From: an uncultured archaeon
GTDB taxonomy: Archaea; Asgardarchaeota; Thorarchaeia; Thorarchaeales; Thorarchaeaceae
Length of the DNA: 32,000 nucleotides
Direction: 5' to 3'
NCBI GenBank assembly: GCA_964354495.1
Contig: CAYHAA010000006.1
Location: 1 to 32,000 of the forward strand
The notes under the pieces: generated by a model
Seen by the model: only the letters and a program-made list of their open reading frames with translations
Database searches by the model: none
What the model was told of the DNA's origin: nothing
In this document: positions 9,390 to 18,500 of the stretch, piece after piece
How positions within the stretch are numbered: the first letter of the stretch is position 1
How the letters are laid out: each line of letters opens with the position of its first letter
Program-made: the position numbers and the translations under genes

Positions 9390-9608
9390 ATGACTGATAG
9401 AATATGTAATGCGGAGAGAAACAAGGAACGATGCGGTTGCACATATTCCGGATGCTCAAGACAGGGCTACTGCTGTGACTGCCTGCAGTTCCATTGGAAG
9501 CATCATGAGCTGCCCGGGTGCTTGTTCCCACCGGAAGCGGAGAAGTCCTATGACAGGTCTCTGGAGAATTTCATTGAAGTCTGGAGCAAGAAGCTACGCA
9601 AGAGATGA
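9390..9608 (+). CDS. Small Cys-rich protein (DUF6485-like)
   Basis: Pattern CxCTYxxCSRxGxCCDC..H...LPGCLF...EKSYDRS, recalled as this family. Confidence 0.8.
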   Translation: MTDRICNAERNKERCGCTYSGCSRQGYCCDCLQFHWKHHELPGCLFPPEAEKSYDRSLENFIEVWSKKLRKR

Positions 9609-9665
9609 ATTGTCATACAATAGGTTTAGTAGAGATTACACCGTATTGACTTTGGGTAGAAGTGT

Positions 9666-9899
9666 TTGAGGCAAGTACATGTCGGGCTGCTGCTCATGAT
9701 AGGTAGTGCAATAGTGTGGTTCGTCGCGAATGCGGTCTTATTTGATTACATTGTGAATGTGCTGCATCCTGACTTGGCATTCGGAGAACCGATTTGGGTT
9801 ATAGATCCTCTCGGATTCATGGTCATTTCAGTTCCAACAGGGATTGTCTTCTTTATTGGACTTCTGGCAGTCTTTGATGATATTATTCCAAGAGAATAG
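9666..9899 (+). CDS. Small two-TM membrane protein, hypothetical
   Basis: 77-aa ORF with two hydrophobic segments, filling the gap between flanking genes. TTG start. Confidence 0.55.
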   Translation: MRQVHVGLLLMIGSAIVWFVANAVLFDYIVNVLHPDLAFGEPIWVIDPLGFMVISVPTGIVFFIGLLAVFDDIIPRE

Positions 9900-9958
9900 C
9901 AAGTGGCGGGCGCGACAGGATTTGATTCTGGAATATCTTACTGTATTTGCTTTTTATC

Positions 9959-11176
9959 TCAATTCAATATTACATTAGTTTCCTTAGTCGACACCAAAGC
10001 CATTCTCTTCCTTCGGCGAACTAAAAACATCACACAAAAAACTATGAAAAGTGCTGCTGGTATACTGATGAATACTACAAGGATAGGATCTGACATCCCC
10101 ATCCAAAGACGAGTGCCAAGACTGTTTCCGTGAATGGTTCGATAGATATAACCCCCCCATCCTACCGCCCATCCATGTGTAAGATTGATGAAATCTATTG
10201 CTATTACTCGCGTGTCACCAGGGAAGTCCTGTGAATACCAGTCGAGCCCACCATTTGGAGTATAGGCTATCTCTGTTTCGTCACCAGCAATCCATCCGTT
10301 CTCAGAGTCTAGGAATAGAATGTCAGTGAAGTAAGGTGCTATTGGAGGAGGGAAGGGAGCGTTCCGCGGAGCTGGTTGCTCGATCCAAGTTTCACCATCT
10401 GTCATTTTCGCAAGCCAAGTATCGGCCACAGCCCAAGCTTCAGTATCACTCACGAAAGAAAGTGACCATCCACCACGACTGAAACTCTCTTCCCAGGTTT
10501 CGCATGCATCTTCAGTATGATAAATACCAAAGAATCCAATAGCCCAAGCCTCAGTGGGGGAAACAAGGTGAATCATCCTTAGGGTATCGCTGAATGTCCA
10601 AGATGTGATATTTTGCCATGTCTGCCCACCATCGATGGTCTTGTAGACATCATTCATTGTAGAGGTCCATCCATGAGTTTCGTTGATGAACTTCACAGCT
10701 CCCAAGCCAGCCTGAATATCTATGACCTTGCTTTCATTCCAGGTCATCCCACCATTGGTAGAGTAGACAAGGCCTCCTGTGCCTGTGACCCAGATAGTTT
10801 GCTTGTCGATTATGTCAATTGATCTGAACGTGTGAGAATCCTCGTACAATTGAAGTTGCCAAGAGTCACCACAATCTTTGGTGTTGAGAATTATTCCGCC
10901 GCCCAAACCACTTTTGTTCTGTCCTACTACCCAACCATGAGTGGAGTTTACGAAACGCACGTCACCGAGAATTGCATCCTTTTGAGAGAAGGAATGATTT
11001 AGAATCTGCCAAGAAGCTGTCTCCTGCATTGGTTCAAAAGCCTGTTTCTCTACCATTACCATAGTCGTTGGAAGTGAATCGGTACTATATCCCAATATCA
11101 ATAGGATTAGAACTATCCCTAATACATTGCACTCCATGATTCTCCCTGCAGGTTTCATCATTGTCCTCCAAACCAT
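9959..11176 (-). CDS. Cell-surface Ycf48/BNR-repeat beta-propeller protein with C-terminal membrane anchor
   Basis: Repeated F-x-[ND]-x-THGW and TxDGGxTW (Asp-box) motifs, an N-terminal hydrophobic signal, and a C-terminal TM followed by RRRKR. Confidence 0.88.
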   Translation of the reverse strand: MVWRTMMKPAGRIMECNVLGIVLILLILGYSTDSLPTTMVMVEKQAFEPMQETASWQILNHSFSQKDAILGDVRFVNSTHGWVVGQNKSGLGGGIILNTKDCGDSWQLQLYEDSHTFRSIDIIDKQTIWVTGTGGLVYSTNGGMTWNESKVIDIQAGLGAVKFINETHGWTSTMNDVYKTIDGGQTWQNITSWTFSDTLRMIHLVSPTEAWAIGFFGIYHTEDACETWEESFSRGGWSLSFVSDTEAWAVADTWLAKMTDGETWIEQPAPRNAPFPPPIAPYFTDILFLDSENGWIAGDETEIAYTPNGGLDWYSQDFPGDTRVIAIDFINLTHGWAVGWGGYIYRTIHGNSLGTRLWMGMSDPILVVFISIPAALFIVFCVMFLVRRRKRMALVSTKETNVILN

Positions 11177-11255
11177 TTCTCCTTCGAATTTCCAAACAAC
11201 TTACCTAATCAATTGGCTTAATGAGTACTCTATGAATCAATAATTCAGGACTTGA

Positions 11256-13109
11256 CTATTCGGGTAGCGGACCGCCACCGCCGCCACCACCCGGAAGTGT
11301 GACGTATTGTTGGTCGCTACCAAGATAGATATGGACATCTTGTTCTATTGCTGGATCCCATTCTATAGCATATGCCTGAACATTCACCTGCATTTGAACG
11401 TACCCTTGGAGAAGGCTCCAAGACACGTAGTAGTCTCCATAGTACGTGGGTGTGTAATCAGTGCCAACATAGAAATATGAGGTCCAGTATCCCAGGCTGT
11501 TCTTGTATTTGGCATAGACCTTCACGTAGTCCATTGCAGTCCAGTGATTGGCTCGAACATACCCTGTCACACCATTGACCTGCCATGCGCTGTACGTGAG
11601 CTCCTGTGCATCGATCGGATTGTCCGTGTCTAATGGATCATACCCCCAAGCTATTTCCTGTGAATCACTGAGAATGTCACCATCAGTGCTCAACGCGTTC
11701 GGATTTGTTCCATGAATGAATATCTCATCGTAGTCGCTGAGAGCATCATTGTCGCTGTCTGTATCATTTTGGTCTGTATAATAGACATATTTCTCTTCAG
11801 CATCTATGATGGTATCGCCATCTGAATCGATACCTCCAGCTAGCCAGTCACTTAGATTGGTGTACGTCCTCTGTAATGGATCTTCAATCAGAACGTTATG
11901 ATCAATGTCTTCAATCAATACTTGAGTTGCAAACGAGAGATGGGCTCGACCATTAGCTACAGGAACATCATTAGCATCAAGATGAACCAAAGTCATAATG
12001 ATTGCCCATGGTGAGTTACTTATACCTGAAACAGTGTACCACTCAATTCCCGATGAATAACTCATTGGATCAGCGTTAAGAGTGGTGATGAATTCATGGC
12101 TAGTTCCCATTTGTACAAAGACCTGAGTCGCCCAAGGTTTTTCATTATAGAAAAGGTCTAAGATATTTGTAAAGAGCATACCTAGGCCATAATCTGCAAC
12201 TCTTGTTCCTAGATGCGGTGTGCCTAATGTAATTACTCTACCCACTTCGACACCGTATGACTCCAATGTCTGTCGTTCAGTCATTAGCATCTGTCGGGCT
12301 ATGAGTCCGCCCATGCTATGAGCTACTATATCAATCTGAGTCCCTCTAGGGTGTTCATAAAGCAGATGATTCCTAAAGTTAATGGCATACTCCTCGATAC
12401 TAGCTCCATGTGCTACGTTTACTGAACTATAATCATCAAAATAGCTATAAAAGTAATAACCGTCATAGCCAGCAAAGCTTCCCCAGAGAGTCAATGTATC
12501 AATCAAGTCAAGAAATTGAGAGTTGTTACCATGATAGCCGTGTACAAAATATACATAGCTTTCAAGTGGATGTTTCATTGCATGTTGGACATCAACTATT
12601 TTCGAAGATGGAATGTTCTCTGAGTGTGGATTCATTAACCGTTTGACGTGCCAAGCAGCAAGCAACGCTCCAGCCTCTGCATCAATCATACCTGAGAATC
12701 CATATATACCAAATTCTAGATTGGATGGAGAGTCGCAGGCTAGGAGTATTGATATTTGAGATCGTCGTTCAACCATTGCTTCACTCACATTGACCCAAGG
12801 CAAGACGGTTTGAGAAACCTCCAGACCATCCTCTTGTCCATGTCCAATAAGCACAATAGCATCAGAATGAAGTGGTATCATTTCCAGATAATTCAATGTT
12901 GTTTCTCGAATTACACACTCTTCAGGTTTTAATTCATTGGTAAACGTTTGAGCTGCAAGTTGTATATTACCATCATGACTGTCTGTGTATACAATCCATA
13001 CAGATGGTTGTGTTGTTGTATTCTGAAGCCCTAATATAACCAAGGGAAGAAGTAGGATTATGACAATTGCTAGACTGTTAACACGTATTGATTCTGTTAT
13101 CCTCAACAT
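11256..13109 (-). CDS. Secreted multidomain protein: caspase/CHAT-like domain, alpha/beta-hydrolase (lipase/PGAP1-like), and Ca-binding DxDxD repeats
   Basis: Signal/TM segment; IVLIGHG and ILLACDS; FVHG, DIVAHSMGG and GTPH; DSDGD, DTDSDND and STDGD repeats; Gly7-PLPE tail. Confidence 0.85.
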   Translation of the reverse strand: MLRITESIRVNSLAIVIILLLPLVILGLQNTTTQPSVWIVYTDSHDGNIQLAAQTFTNELKPEECVIRETTLNYLEMIPLHSDAIVLIGHGQEDGLEVSQTVLPWVNVSEAMVERRSQISILLACDSPSNLEFGIYGFSGMIDAEAGALLAAWHVKRLMNPHSENIPSSKIVDVQHAMKHPLESYVYFVHGYHGNNSQFLDLIDTLTLWGSFAGYDGYYFYSYFDDYSSVNVAHGASIEEYAINFRNHLLYEHPRGTQIDIVAHSMGGLIARQMLMTERQTLESYGVEVGRVITLGTPHLGTRVADYGLGMLFTNILDLFYNEKPWATQVFVQMGTSHEFITTLNADPMSYSSGIEWYTVSGISNSPWAIIMTLVHLDANDVPVANGRAHLSFATQVLIEDIDHNVLIEDPLQRTYTNLSDWLAGGIDSDGDTIIDAEEKYVYYTDQNDTDSDNDALSDYDEIFIHGTNPNALSTDGDILSDSQEIAWGYDPLDTDNPIDAQELTYSAWQVNGVTGYVRANHWTAMDYVKVYAKYKNSLGYWTSYFYVGTDYTPTYYGDYYVSWSLLQGYVQMQVNVQAYAIEWDPAIEQDVHIYLGSDQQYVTLPGGGGGGGPLPE

Positions 13110-13498
13110 TTCTTACATGCCTCCACTTATCCATGAGTGTTATACTTAATAAATCGGCCCCTTACTTTGGCAATCGTTGTTGTGTGTTGTTATTGGCTAT
13201 ATTTGAGTAAATGAAACAATAGGAAGTCTATCGTATTGAGGGTGGAATAATTCAAAACCAAATACATCCATTAGCATTGCTTTTGTCGTAATCGTGGATT
13301 CTTTTTCACCTAAATCTTGAAGAAGTTTCGGATTTAAAAGAAGAAACAAACCTCAATAGAACACAAGATATCGGGATACGAATTCCAAGTTCTAATCTTC
13401 GTGTGGCTGGAAAAAGAAACTGCACTTTGAACTTCATATAGCTTTGATAGAGTGTATTCCTTGGATTCGAACCTGCGGCCTGACCTGGTTTTGAGGTG

Positions 13499-13679
13499 GT
13501 GAGTGAACTCCACGACGAAAACTTCTGTGTTCTGCCCTTATCTAGCCTGATGTCACCATCATTCTTTGGCGTTACCCAAAGTGCAGCTAGATTATTGTCG
13601 GCAATCATTGGGATGGAATCCCTCCTGAAGACCTGGCTTCTTTCTCCTGTGATATTACTGGAGCATCACTTCCACTCAC
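13499..13679 (-). ncRNA. Putative omegaRNA (guide scaffold) overlapping the tnpB 3' end
   Basis: Stems visible by eye: GGGAT/ATCCC; ATCTAGC/GCTAGAT enclosing CTTTGG/CCAAAG and TGATG-GTGA-CATCA (GNRA loop); a possible long-range closing helix GTGAGTGGA/TTCACTCAC. The position matches where TnpB omegaRNAs are normally encoded. Confidence 0.55.
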
Positions 13680-15287
13680 AGTGAGTGTTTCCACAGTACT
13701 TGCCACGGCGGAGCCATAATCACTCTTGTCTGTTCCATCGCTGAAGCCGACAAGGCCCATCTGGACAAAGTGAACAGCCGCGGACTCTCCAAGACCTGAT
13801 GCCTGTCCTTTAGTGGAGAGTGGGGACTTCCCTAGAGAAGATGACTTCTTTCGGGCTTTTGGTTGTGAACCTTTTTCTGCTTGAACAGAGTCAGCCCACT
13901 TACCTAGTCCTCTCACAGAGTGCAATGACTTTGTGAGCGTAATGAGGCGTCCGGCAATGTTTATTGCTCCATTCCTGTCTGCATTGGTCTTGTGTCCGCA
14001 TGAAGGACATTTGAAGTAGTTTTGCTTGGGTCTTACTCCCTTTGTGCCGCACTTCCAGCACATGATTGATGTCCAAGCCTCAGGGACTACAATGTATCTC
14101 GAGTCCTTTCCCTCCACAGACCAGCCTCCTTGAGCCAGTCCATGTCTTAGACTCTCGGTGATACGTGCAAAAGTCCAAGAGTGTATCATACCTCTATAGC
14201 TCTTGCCCCTGAAGTTCCCTTTCCGCGCCATATTTCTGATGTTCTTCAAACGACCAATGGCAACGTAGAGCGTGCACTTCGTAGACATATTACCAATGTA
14301 GTCTAGTAAATCTCGAACAAGTACTCGATCATACTCACGAGCAATATTCTCGCGCTTTGACTTGAGCGTCCTCAGTTTTTCTAGAACTCTATCTGCATTC
14401 TGACCACTGCTACGACGCGTGTCGGCTTCTCGTTGAAGATTGGCCACAAGAGTGTCATATTTCTTAATGACTGCAATCTTCTCCTTTTGCCTGAAGAAAC
14501 GAGTTTCGCTTACCTTTGTCGGTGTCACTAGTACGGTGCATGCAGCCTTCTCTATACCGAGATCAATGCCAAGGACAGCTGGTGGATAATGCGAACTAGT
14601 AGAGTCTGGTGCACTCACTCGGACCGCAAAGTTGACCCACCATTTCTTTAATCTGTCTACGTGGATTTGAAGGGCTTTGACTTCACCGCGATTCAACTGG
14701 TTGGTATGAAATGGTGAAACATTCAAGGGAATCAAAAGCCGGTCATGGATATATCGTCCCTCTCGTGTCGAGTCAAGTGCATCTCTCAGGTTGAGCCACC
14801 AGCGAGAGACCTCCGTTGGGGAGTATTCTAATTTGAACCTAGGTGAAAATACCCACCTTGGTATTCGTTGTGTCTGGTTAGATGTGCATGGACGGGAGGG
14901 GTTCCATCCTTTCTTATTCCTGAGCGCTAGATAGCTATCATACATTGAAACGGCTGTCTGTCTACACTCGGTCAGCTCATTCTGTGACATCCGTGGAAAT
15001 CGACTCTTCAGATCGTGTGGCACTGTCAGTCTTTGTGTATACCTCTCTTTGACTTTCAGAGCAGTCATTGTGAGTTTGCTCAGTGTCGTGTCGCAGATTC
15101 CGTTCTTCTTTGGTCCATTTATTAGAGTATCTTCGTTTTGTTCGATTATACCAAGAAATGCTCGTATCGCTCTCGTATCCCTTCCAACAATCTGCCGCAA
15201 CCGCTGTTGAGTCCTCTGTGTCATGATATCCCACCTTATCGGGATCTTGACACTGATTGTTATTCCTCGGGACCGAGCCATCGCCAT
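13605..15287 (-). CDS. tnpB: TnpB-family RNA-guided endonuclease with rearranged (Fanzor/IS607-type) RuvC
   Basis: RuvC-I GIDLG (D at 14562-14564). Canonical RuvC-II position is Gly (VAIGRL, 14253-14255). Alternative Glu in VPEAWTS (14079-14081). CxxC-CxxC Zn finger and RuvC-III NADRN (D at 13977-13979). No adjacent tnpA. Confidence 0.93.
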   Translation of the reverse strand: MAMARSRGITISVKIPIRWDIMTQRTQQRLRQIVGRDTRAIRAFLGIIEQNEDTLINGPKKNGICDTTLSKLTMTALKVKERYTQRLTVPHDLKSRFPRMSQNELTECRQTAVSMYDSYLALRNKKGWNPSRPCTSNQTQRIPRWVFSPRFKLEYSPTEVSRWWLNLRDALDSTREGRYIHDRLLIPLNVSPFHTNQLNRGEVKALQIHVDRLKKWWVNFAVRVSAPDSTSSHYPPAVLGIDLGIEKAACTVLVTPTKVSETRFFRQKEKIAVIKKYDTLVANLQREADTRRSSGQNADRVLEKLRTLKSKRENIAREYDRVLVRDLLDYIGNMSTKCTLYVAIGRLKNIRNMARKGNFRGKSYRGMIHSWTFARITESLRHGLAQGGWSVEGKDSRYIVVPEAWTSIMCWKCGTKGVRPKQNYFKCPSCGHKTNADRNGAINIAGRLITLTKSLHSVRGLGKWADSVQAEKGSQPKARKKSSSLGKSPLSTKGQASGLGESAAVHFVQMGLVGFSDGTDKSDYGSAVASTVETLTVSGSDAPVISQEKEARSSGGIPSQ

Positions 15288-15295
15288 TCGCCTGG

Positions 15296-15308
15296 GTTAT
15301 ATAAACTT
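15296..15308 (-). promoter_or_regulatory. TATA-box-like element proximal to tnpB (copy 1 of a 13-bp direct repeat)
   Basis: GTTATATAAACTT on +, reading AAGTTTATATAAC on -, which resembles BRE plus TTTATATA. Confidence 0.5.
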
Positions 15309-15309
15309 C

Positions 15310-15370
15310 TGACCTGTCTTGGTCATGTGAGTTCACTCCCCTTCTTGTCCGAAGGGGGTCTTTTGAACTC
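15310..15370. other. Double-hairpin module upstream of tnpB (possible element left end or small RNA)
   Basis: TGACC/GGTCA hairpin (15310-15325). GAGTTCA/TGAACTC outer stem (15329-15370) with inner CCCCTTC/GAAGGGG stem. Confidence 0.55.
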
Positions 15371-15389
15371 GTACTAGTATCATATCCAA

Positions 15390-15402
15390 GTTATATAAAC
15401 TT
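15390..15402 (-). promoter_or_regulatory. TATA-box-like element (copy 2 of the 13-bp direct repeat)
   Basis: Identical GTTATATAAACTT 94 bp from copy 1, within the quasi-palindrome AAGTT-ATATA-AACTT. Confidence 0.5.
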
Positions 15403-15497
15403 ATTAAACAAAAATTCTATTATTTCTATTTTCTAAGATTAAAGCATTATGGGTGCTTCTTTTTGAAAATAAAGACTTCCAAATAAGATAGAACTCC

Positions 15498-15531
15498 TTA
15501 TAAATAAAAGAACGACATTATCCCTGAGGAG
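15498..15531 (+). promoter_or_regulatory. Promoter/SD of the 1700-aa gene
   Basis: TTATAAAT at 15498-15505 and GAGGAG at 15526-15531 before TTG 15537. Confidence 0.55.
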
Positions 15532-15536
15532 TTGCT

Positions 15537-18500
15537 TTGGGGCGAAAGATCCGGGAATTTCGACCGAATGAAGTTCTGGTGAATGCAATCTACTCAGGAC
15601 TATCTGCCTTGGTCAGACTTTCATACAAGAGAAAGAACGATTCCACAAACAAGTTCTATGAGAAAACTAGGTCAAACTGGGAGGACGCATGTATTGAATG
15701 GGAGTCTTGTAGGAAACAGGGTTCGCATGACTTCTCTTCTATTCAGAATAAAGAGCCTATTCTGAGGAGATTATATCTTCAGATGCTCTGGTATGGTACG
15801 GTAAGATATGGGAATAAGGAGTTCAAGCGTGTATACAGCTGGAGGGAGGGGACCGTGGGGCCACTCAATGAACTGCTCAACTACATGGGTTCTCAACTCC
15901 GAGATATATTGGTTCCTCGGTATTATTTTCCAGATCCAAACCATTACCAGATAAGAAAATACAGAGATGGTCGACGAGAGATTATTCCCAAGAGCGTAGC
16001 TGATAAAATACCACCTGAGAAAGGTGTGAAAGTGTACCAGAAATCAGGCTATCGAGGAAACTCGAAGAGACCGCGTGTTCTCCTTGCACATCCTTCTCTT
16101 CCAGCCCTTGATTTTGTTGATATGATTCGGGCACACCTCATAGAGCTCTGCCGACAGTGCTTCATTCATGCCGTTCCCCGTCTCGAGTTTCAGAGATACA
16201 TCCGGTTGCTCATCCATAGACTTACCCCCTTCCTCGATTGGGTCTATACACGGGGAAAAGTCGGTCGGAAGAATTTCTATCCCGACGCAGATAGAGAGCT
16301 CCGTAAGATTGTGCTTGAGATTAGGACTCACTTCAGCAACAGGAGCGGAGTAGTTGAAGGAATGAGCAGACAGATAGAGGCGCCTCCTTTCGATTTTGGT
16401 GCTGATTCCCTCAAAGAGAAAGTCAAAGTGATTATGGATTCTTCGGAGAAGAAACACATCCAAGAAAAGGGTAAGGTCATCCTAGACCTAATCCAAGAGG
16501 AAATCATCACAGACACAGAGATTTCGAGATTTCGCGAAGAAATCACCGGAAAGGCGCAGAGAGAGGGGAATGACTGGCACAGAGTGTTGCTCTCAGGACT
16601 CTGTCACCCGAGGTCTCTGAAGGAGGCTGTCTTTGCAGGCGACCAGTTTCTATGGAATCCCTCTGGAATACAATATCTTGCCGAGGTTCCTGTCGTTGGG
16701 AACCATGGCGCTGGAAAGATTGACCTCGTGCTCTTTGCCCGGATGTTGAGAGGTGCAGGACAATACATCTGGTTTCCCGTCATGATTCTTGAAGTGAAGA
16801 CGAAAGAAGCATTCAACTTCAATATATACGGAATGCGACCTAGAACTAGGAAGATGGGTGTCTATGTTCCAACACTTCACTCTTGGAAAGTACCTCTTAC
16901 AGAGCGCGAATGGAATGCAGTATTGGGTTCCAGACCTCCAAAGGCCCATCTTGACCAGTTAGATGTATACGAAGAGATGATACTCTCTGAACTTAACGCT
17001 CTTGTCAAGGATCCTCTGACACCCAAACATGTCTGGAAAGGAGTTGTGACTCTTGATGTTTCACAGGACTATGAGGTGACGAAGAGGAGCTTTGATCAGC
17101 TTATTGGCCAACTGGCTGCGAAGTTGCTGGAGGGCGAGTTCACTGGGCATTGGAAGACACTCAAGTTCGAGGACTCTACTTCCAATGAACTTGCACCACG
17201 CGTTGCCATCACAATGACACCGGCTCAGGGTCCTGTATATCTTCTGAGGAGCATCATTCCCGCTAAGGCGACACAGAACGAGGATCCATTTACTGACCGC
17301 GTGGAGGACGATGTATTCTTCACTCAGTACATCTCTGTTCCCTCTCCGACATCCTCCGGCAAGAGTGCCGCTTGGTTGGCTAAGAACTGGCATCTACTGA
17401 ACCACCTGTCCGAGTTGGCAGATGCCACACCCTCTAGTCCACTATTCCTCTGGATTGACCTCCTTGGTGATTATTCCTCTGAGAGAATGGTCAACATGAG
17501 ATTCGGACTTGAAGCCCTATGGAAGAAGAGGCTAATCACTCAGGCCGAGTTTACCCGACTCAGTGGTTTCCTCAAGCACGTCCATTTTGTCAACCTCCAA
17601 AAAGAAATCGACGACTTGATTCTTATGAGTGGTCCTCTAGGACTAGAGAATCTTCGTGGCAAAATCAAATCCGTTCTTGTCAAGGGATATGGAGAGCGCG
17701 TTGCGATTGTGGATGGTTGGTCGGACCTTGAAACTATGGTGCCAAGACACCGTAGAAGCAATCTGCAAGTACTCGAGCTATCACTGTTAGAAATTCTGAA
17801 GAAACTGGATGAGGTGATATGGGTAGATAGTGGTGTGAATCATGCAGAGATGAGTCGAACCTACCAGCGACCATGTGTGAACCCTCTGTACCATAACTCG
17901 CCGCGAAGACAACTTGTTGACGAGATAATTTGGAACCTTCCTACTGCTCCACGGGAGATAGGATGGATGTCGCCTCAGTACGATGAAACTCGAGTTATTA
18001 TCCAGAATCTTCCCATAGGTAGTCCGCCGTGGATGACTGCGATTCACGTTCCACATCTCAGAGGCTGGACTCGCAGGTTCAGTGCTGCAGCAGCATCGAA
18101 CGCCCCTGCCAAGGCAGATAAGTATGTTGGGACCTTGAACCAGCAACAGAACATGCATGGAAGGTCGTTCCATGGTGCCTCGATTCAGGTTCGAAATGAT
18201 ATGATTAGCAGAGAGAGCCTAGAGGGTGTCAAGAAGAGAGCTTTCAGTCTTATTCCGAGCCTTTGGAAACCGCGGCAAGGGCGGGCAGAAATACTTGGAA
18301 GTGACGATTTTTCCCAGGACTGGAGTGTAGCCTACCATCCCGTGGACAATAATCAGACTCATCCAAGTCTGACCAGCAGATTGCATCTCGACCTGACACA
18401 ACTACCACCTCGTCCTAATAGGCTTGGTAGACGTCATGAAGGAATTCACGTTGAGGCCAATCAGATTACGAGAGGGTGGATTCACAAGGAGCGTGGTGAA

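Noticed and set aside
13110-13125. SD followed by ATG-TAA minimal uORF before the lipase gene
   Set aside because: A single instance. The SD may simply serve the downstream ATG, and there is no further support.
13440-13520. Complete tRNA gene on the minus strand around GGTTCGAATCC
   Set aside because: Only 2 bp of the T-stem form, and there is no acceptor or anticodon arm. Kept only as a fragment.
13530-13600. SRP RNA Alu-like fold
   Set aside because: The loops are not complementary, there is no UGU motif, and no helix 6/8 SRP motifs follow.
13530-13630. Resemblance to the RNase P RNA P8/P9 region (GGTAACGCC hairpin next to a GNRA hairpin, upstream GAGGGATTCC)
   Set aside because: Topology differs, because the two hairpins are closed immediately by one helix. 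No convincing GAGGAAAGTCC (CR-I) or ACAGAAnnGGCTTA (CR-V). Treated as an omegaRNA candidate instead.
13306-13684. ORFs 13306-13608 (-) and 13496-13684 (+)
   Set aside because: No recognisable protein features. They overlap the structured RNA and AT-rich intergenic DNA.
13605-15287. CRISPR-Cas12f or Cas14 locus
   Set aside because: No repeat-spacer array or cas1/2/4 genes are visible anywhere in the window.
13605-15287. Catalytically dead TnpB (TldR-like) because of E-to-G at RuvC-II
   Set aside because: A compensating Glu in ExWTS is present and conserved in both copies, matching the rearranged active-site type. Inactivity remains possible but is not the default reading.
14977-15377. Short alternative-frame ORFs in or near tnpB, as a possible tnpA
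   Set aside because: No HUH/Y1 or serine-recombinase motifs.
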